From positions 60,018,001 to 60,082,000 of the forward strand of contig OZ076409.1 in the NCBI GenBank assembly GCA_964187785.1: 64,000 bases of DNA. Direction: 5' to 3'. Every line of letters begins with the position of its first letter. Position 1 is the first letter of the stretch. This stretch comes from Amphiscolops sp. MND2022. Taxonomy: Eukaryota. Shown here one piece after another: positions 61,474-64,000 of the stretch. Below the pieces are notes generated by a model that saw nothing but the letters and a program-made list of their open reading frames with translations, was not told the DNA's origin and searched no databases. The position numbers were made by a program, and so were the translations under genes.

Positions 61474-61590
61474 CAGTGATCCATTTAGGAACTGAGTATA
61501 CATTCACCACTCCAAGGAGATATCCAATTACTCCGTTTCCACGAATCAAGAACAACCCCCCTCAGCACGACTGGTTTCCCTGAACGCCAT

Positions 61591-61830
61591 GGAGGAGGGA
61601 ATGTGACACAAGCATCAAAAATGTGTCAATCCAACAAGTGTCAATGATAAACCTTGGCGAATGACATGACACAAAACTACCTGCCAATGATCTTATGTTC
61701 TGAAGTCATGTAGTTACAGATAGATACAGGTTGAAGATAAAGTACAGTCGTTTGATACAGCTTTGTTACTTTGAACCATTCCAATTTTAATTCACTCTTT
61801 GAACTTTTCCTGACTTACTTTATACTGAAA
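61591..61830 (+). repeat. PPT and probable 3' LTR of the truncated Gypsy element (right end uncertain)
   Basis: GGAGGAGGGAA (61591-61601) followed directly by TGTGACAC (61602), ~120 bp after the pol stop. No partner LTR in the window to fix the end. Confidence 0.65.
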
Positions 61831-63890
61831 AGTTAAAAACAGTCAGCCAAAAACTTTCAAAGCGTAATAACTTGCGCTTATATATAACGATTTCTTTTAA
61901 CTTATTCTTTTTACCTAAAATCTCAGGAACAAAAGTCTCAAACTTTGATCAAAAGTACAACGGTATTTTTCTTTCGACGTCGAAATAAAATATAACAAAA
62001 GCCAAACGACTAAATTGAATATACTAACATGAAAATGCTTATAGAGCTTATAGAAATCTGTCATTTGGCCGGTCTTTAAAAAAGCCACTGCTACTTGTAA
62101 GCACTAAAATTGATAATCATAACACTTTCAATTTCTCTCATTTGAAAAGAAGGCGACTGCAAATCCCATCAATCTAGTGAATTAGAGTTCAGAGTTTTAT
62201 TGGAAAATTCATGCGGAAATTTTATAATTCAGAGAGCAGAGTTCACAAGTGTTCTCAAACAGTCGCGGCTTCAAATTAAAAATGTTCAAACGAAGTTTTT
62301 GTTGGAAATTGCAATCAGAGCGTGACCATTAGTTTATTTTTGAAAGCCAAAGCTTTTATCAAAATTAACGAGCAGTTGAGTAAATTACAACACAAAAATG
62401 AAAAATTTCTGAACCGTATTTTAATACAATTACGCACAATTTGTGAAGTACAAAAATTCAAAGATGCAAAATTTTGACTATTTTTTGACATCACATTATA
62501 ATATTATTTCTGTTTTAGGCCGTAATTTTGCATCAATCGAAACTAGCAGCCATAAAATTGCCTATGACCTTTTTTCCGAGTGATGAATTGGTCAAGCTTT
62601 ACAGAAATTTTCAATTCCGTTCATTGTAAATTGAATGGAGCTATTTCTATTGACTCAAGAGTGTGTTTATATTTTGTAGACACTGATTTCTCGATGAACT
62701 ACGAACATGCAAAAAAAATCGAATAAATCAAAGAATTTTACAGTGGAATTCTTCGATGGCCATTTAGAACCCTATATTCATGTATGCTCAAACTAGTTTT
62801 CAGATTTGTAAAGACCCTTTTGTAATTTTTTTCTTTTTAAAACAATGGAGGTACAAAAATGTCCGTTTTTTTCCTAAACGATTCTTGAAACTGAATACGA
62901 AAAACTTCAGAGTGCCACTATGCCTCTTGTTTTGAAGTCAAACTTAAAATTTGATCCATCTAAATAAAATTCATCAACGCTTCATCTTGGAAAAAACTCT
63001 CCCAGGTTAAAAAGAATCGATTTTTTCAGATTTGTCATGTTCAAAAATTTGATAATTTTTGGTTGATGGAAAATTGTATTTAAATTGGATAACAATTGGA
63101 TGTGTTACTGGCAGCCGTCTTTGGCAATTAGAACAGGAAATTGAAGTGTACTAAAATGTTGAAAATATGCTGTCTGTTAGCATTATTATATTTTACATAG
63201 ACTTCTTTAATGAACCAAGATTTCTACAATTGGGAGTGAAAAACCTCCAACAAAGATTTTTTGCAGGATAATCCCATTTCCAAATCATAAGCATTTTTTT
63301 GACATAAAATGAAAAGAGAAATACTGTACTAATTATTGAACAAAAAAATTCAGAAATCTAAATTTGAAGTTCTGTCTGAAATGAAGGTGACTACCACCCG
63401 TCACCAAGTGATGTGAAACCTAAAGAAATTAAGAGAGAACTCTGATCAGAAATTTTCGACCACTTAGAGCCCAAAACAAAATGAACAATTTCACTTGGTG
63501 GTTACCGAAATAAAAGACGACAGAAACGAAACGGAAATATGAAAAAATTCTTAGTTATTAGTCGAAATGAACACACGAAACGAAAATATATATTATGAAG
63601 TAGACACTTTTATCAATCTGCGAGGAAGACGCATTCTAAATTTACAGCTAAAGTACCTTCGCTAAATTATAAACTGCTGTTTGAATAATGATGGTTACAT
63701 TAGTTGAGTAGTCGATAAGCTAAACTGTGATAGCCAAGTGATGAATTCAGTAACAAACAGGGAAAAAATTTTGAAGCCCTTAAACTTCATGGTAATTCCA
63801 CAAAATAATGACAATGACGCTGAGATAATTTTCCATGTTTGGTAAAGAATTTAGCAGGCATGATTTTGAAACCTTCAACCAAGTTAGCTG

Positions 63891-64000
63891 TTTTTAGGAT
63901 TCTGAAAAAATTTTCGACTACTTATGCAATCGTGCTGTTTTTTTTTTTCTCCCGACCTTTTCATGAAAATTTCCAATTTCTCAAAAACTGTCCATACGAT
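63891..64000 (+). mobile_element. Start of a second copy of the 33449-33790 repeat family (runs off the window)
   Basis: GAAAAAATTTTCGACTACTTATGCAAT...TCTCCCGACCTTT...ATTTCTCAAAAAC.GTCC shared with 33449-33560. Confidence 0.8.

Overview
AT-rich eukaryotic (animal-like) DNA made up mostly of transposable elements. There are no prokaryotic-style genes, operons or CRISPR arrays, and most short ORFs in the supplied track are chance ORFs in repeats. The one intact long gene is the 1552-aa gag-pol of a young Ty3/Gypsy LTR retrotransposon (49183-54589; two 214-bp LTRs identical by eye, 5-bp TSD GTTAA, tRNA-Ser-like PBS). The window also holds a 5'-truncated Gypsy integrase with its 3' LTR, two decayed Gypsy copies and a 5'-truncated LINE. 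There are several MITEs (TA-flanked CCC...GGG elements, an 8-bp-TSD GG...CC element, foldback-like elements) and many non-autonomous DINE-1/HINE (Helentron-type) repeats. Most interesting: (i) two unrelated HINE-like families insert into the T-tract just behind their own 5' hairpin, building nested stacks, with co-varying subTIR and hairpin bases supporting the nesting; (ii) some copies carry a tRNA-like Pol III A/B-box cassette; (iii) the likely gag-pol start codon is formed by the LTR/PBS junction, so the tRNA primer-binding site appears to be translated. Host exons could not be called confidently. All comparisons were made by eye, no database search was run, and boundaries of degenerate repeats are approximate.
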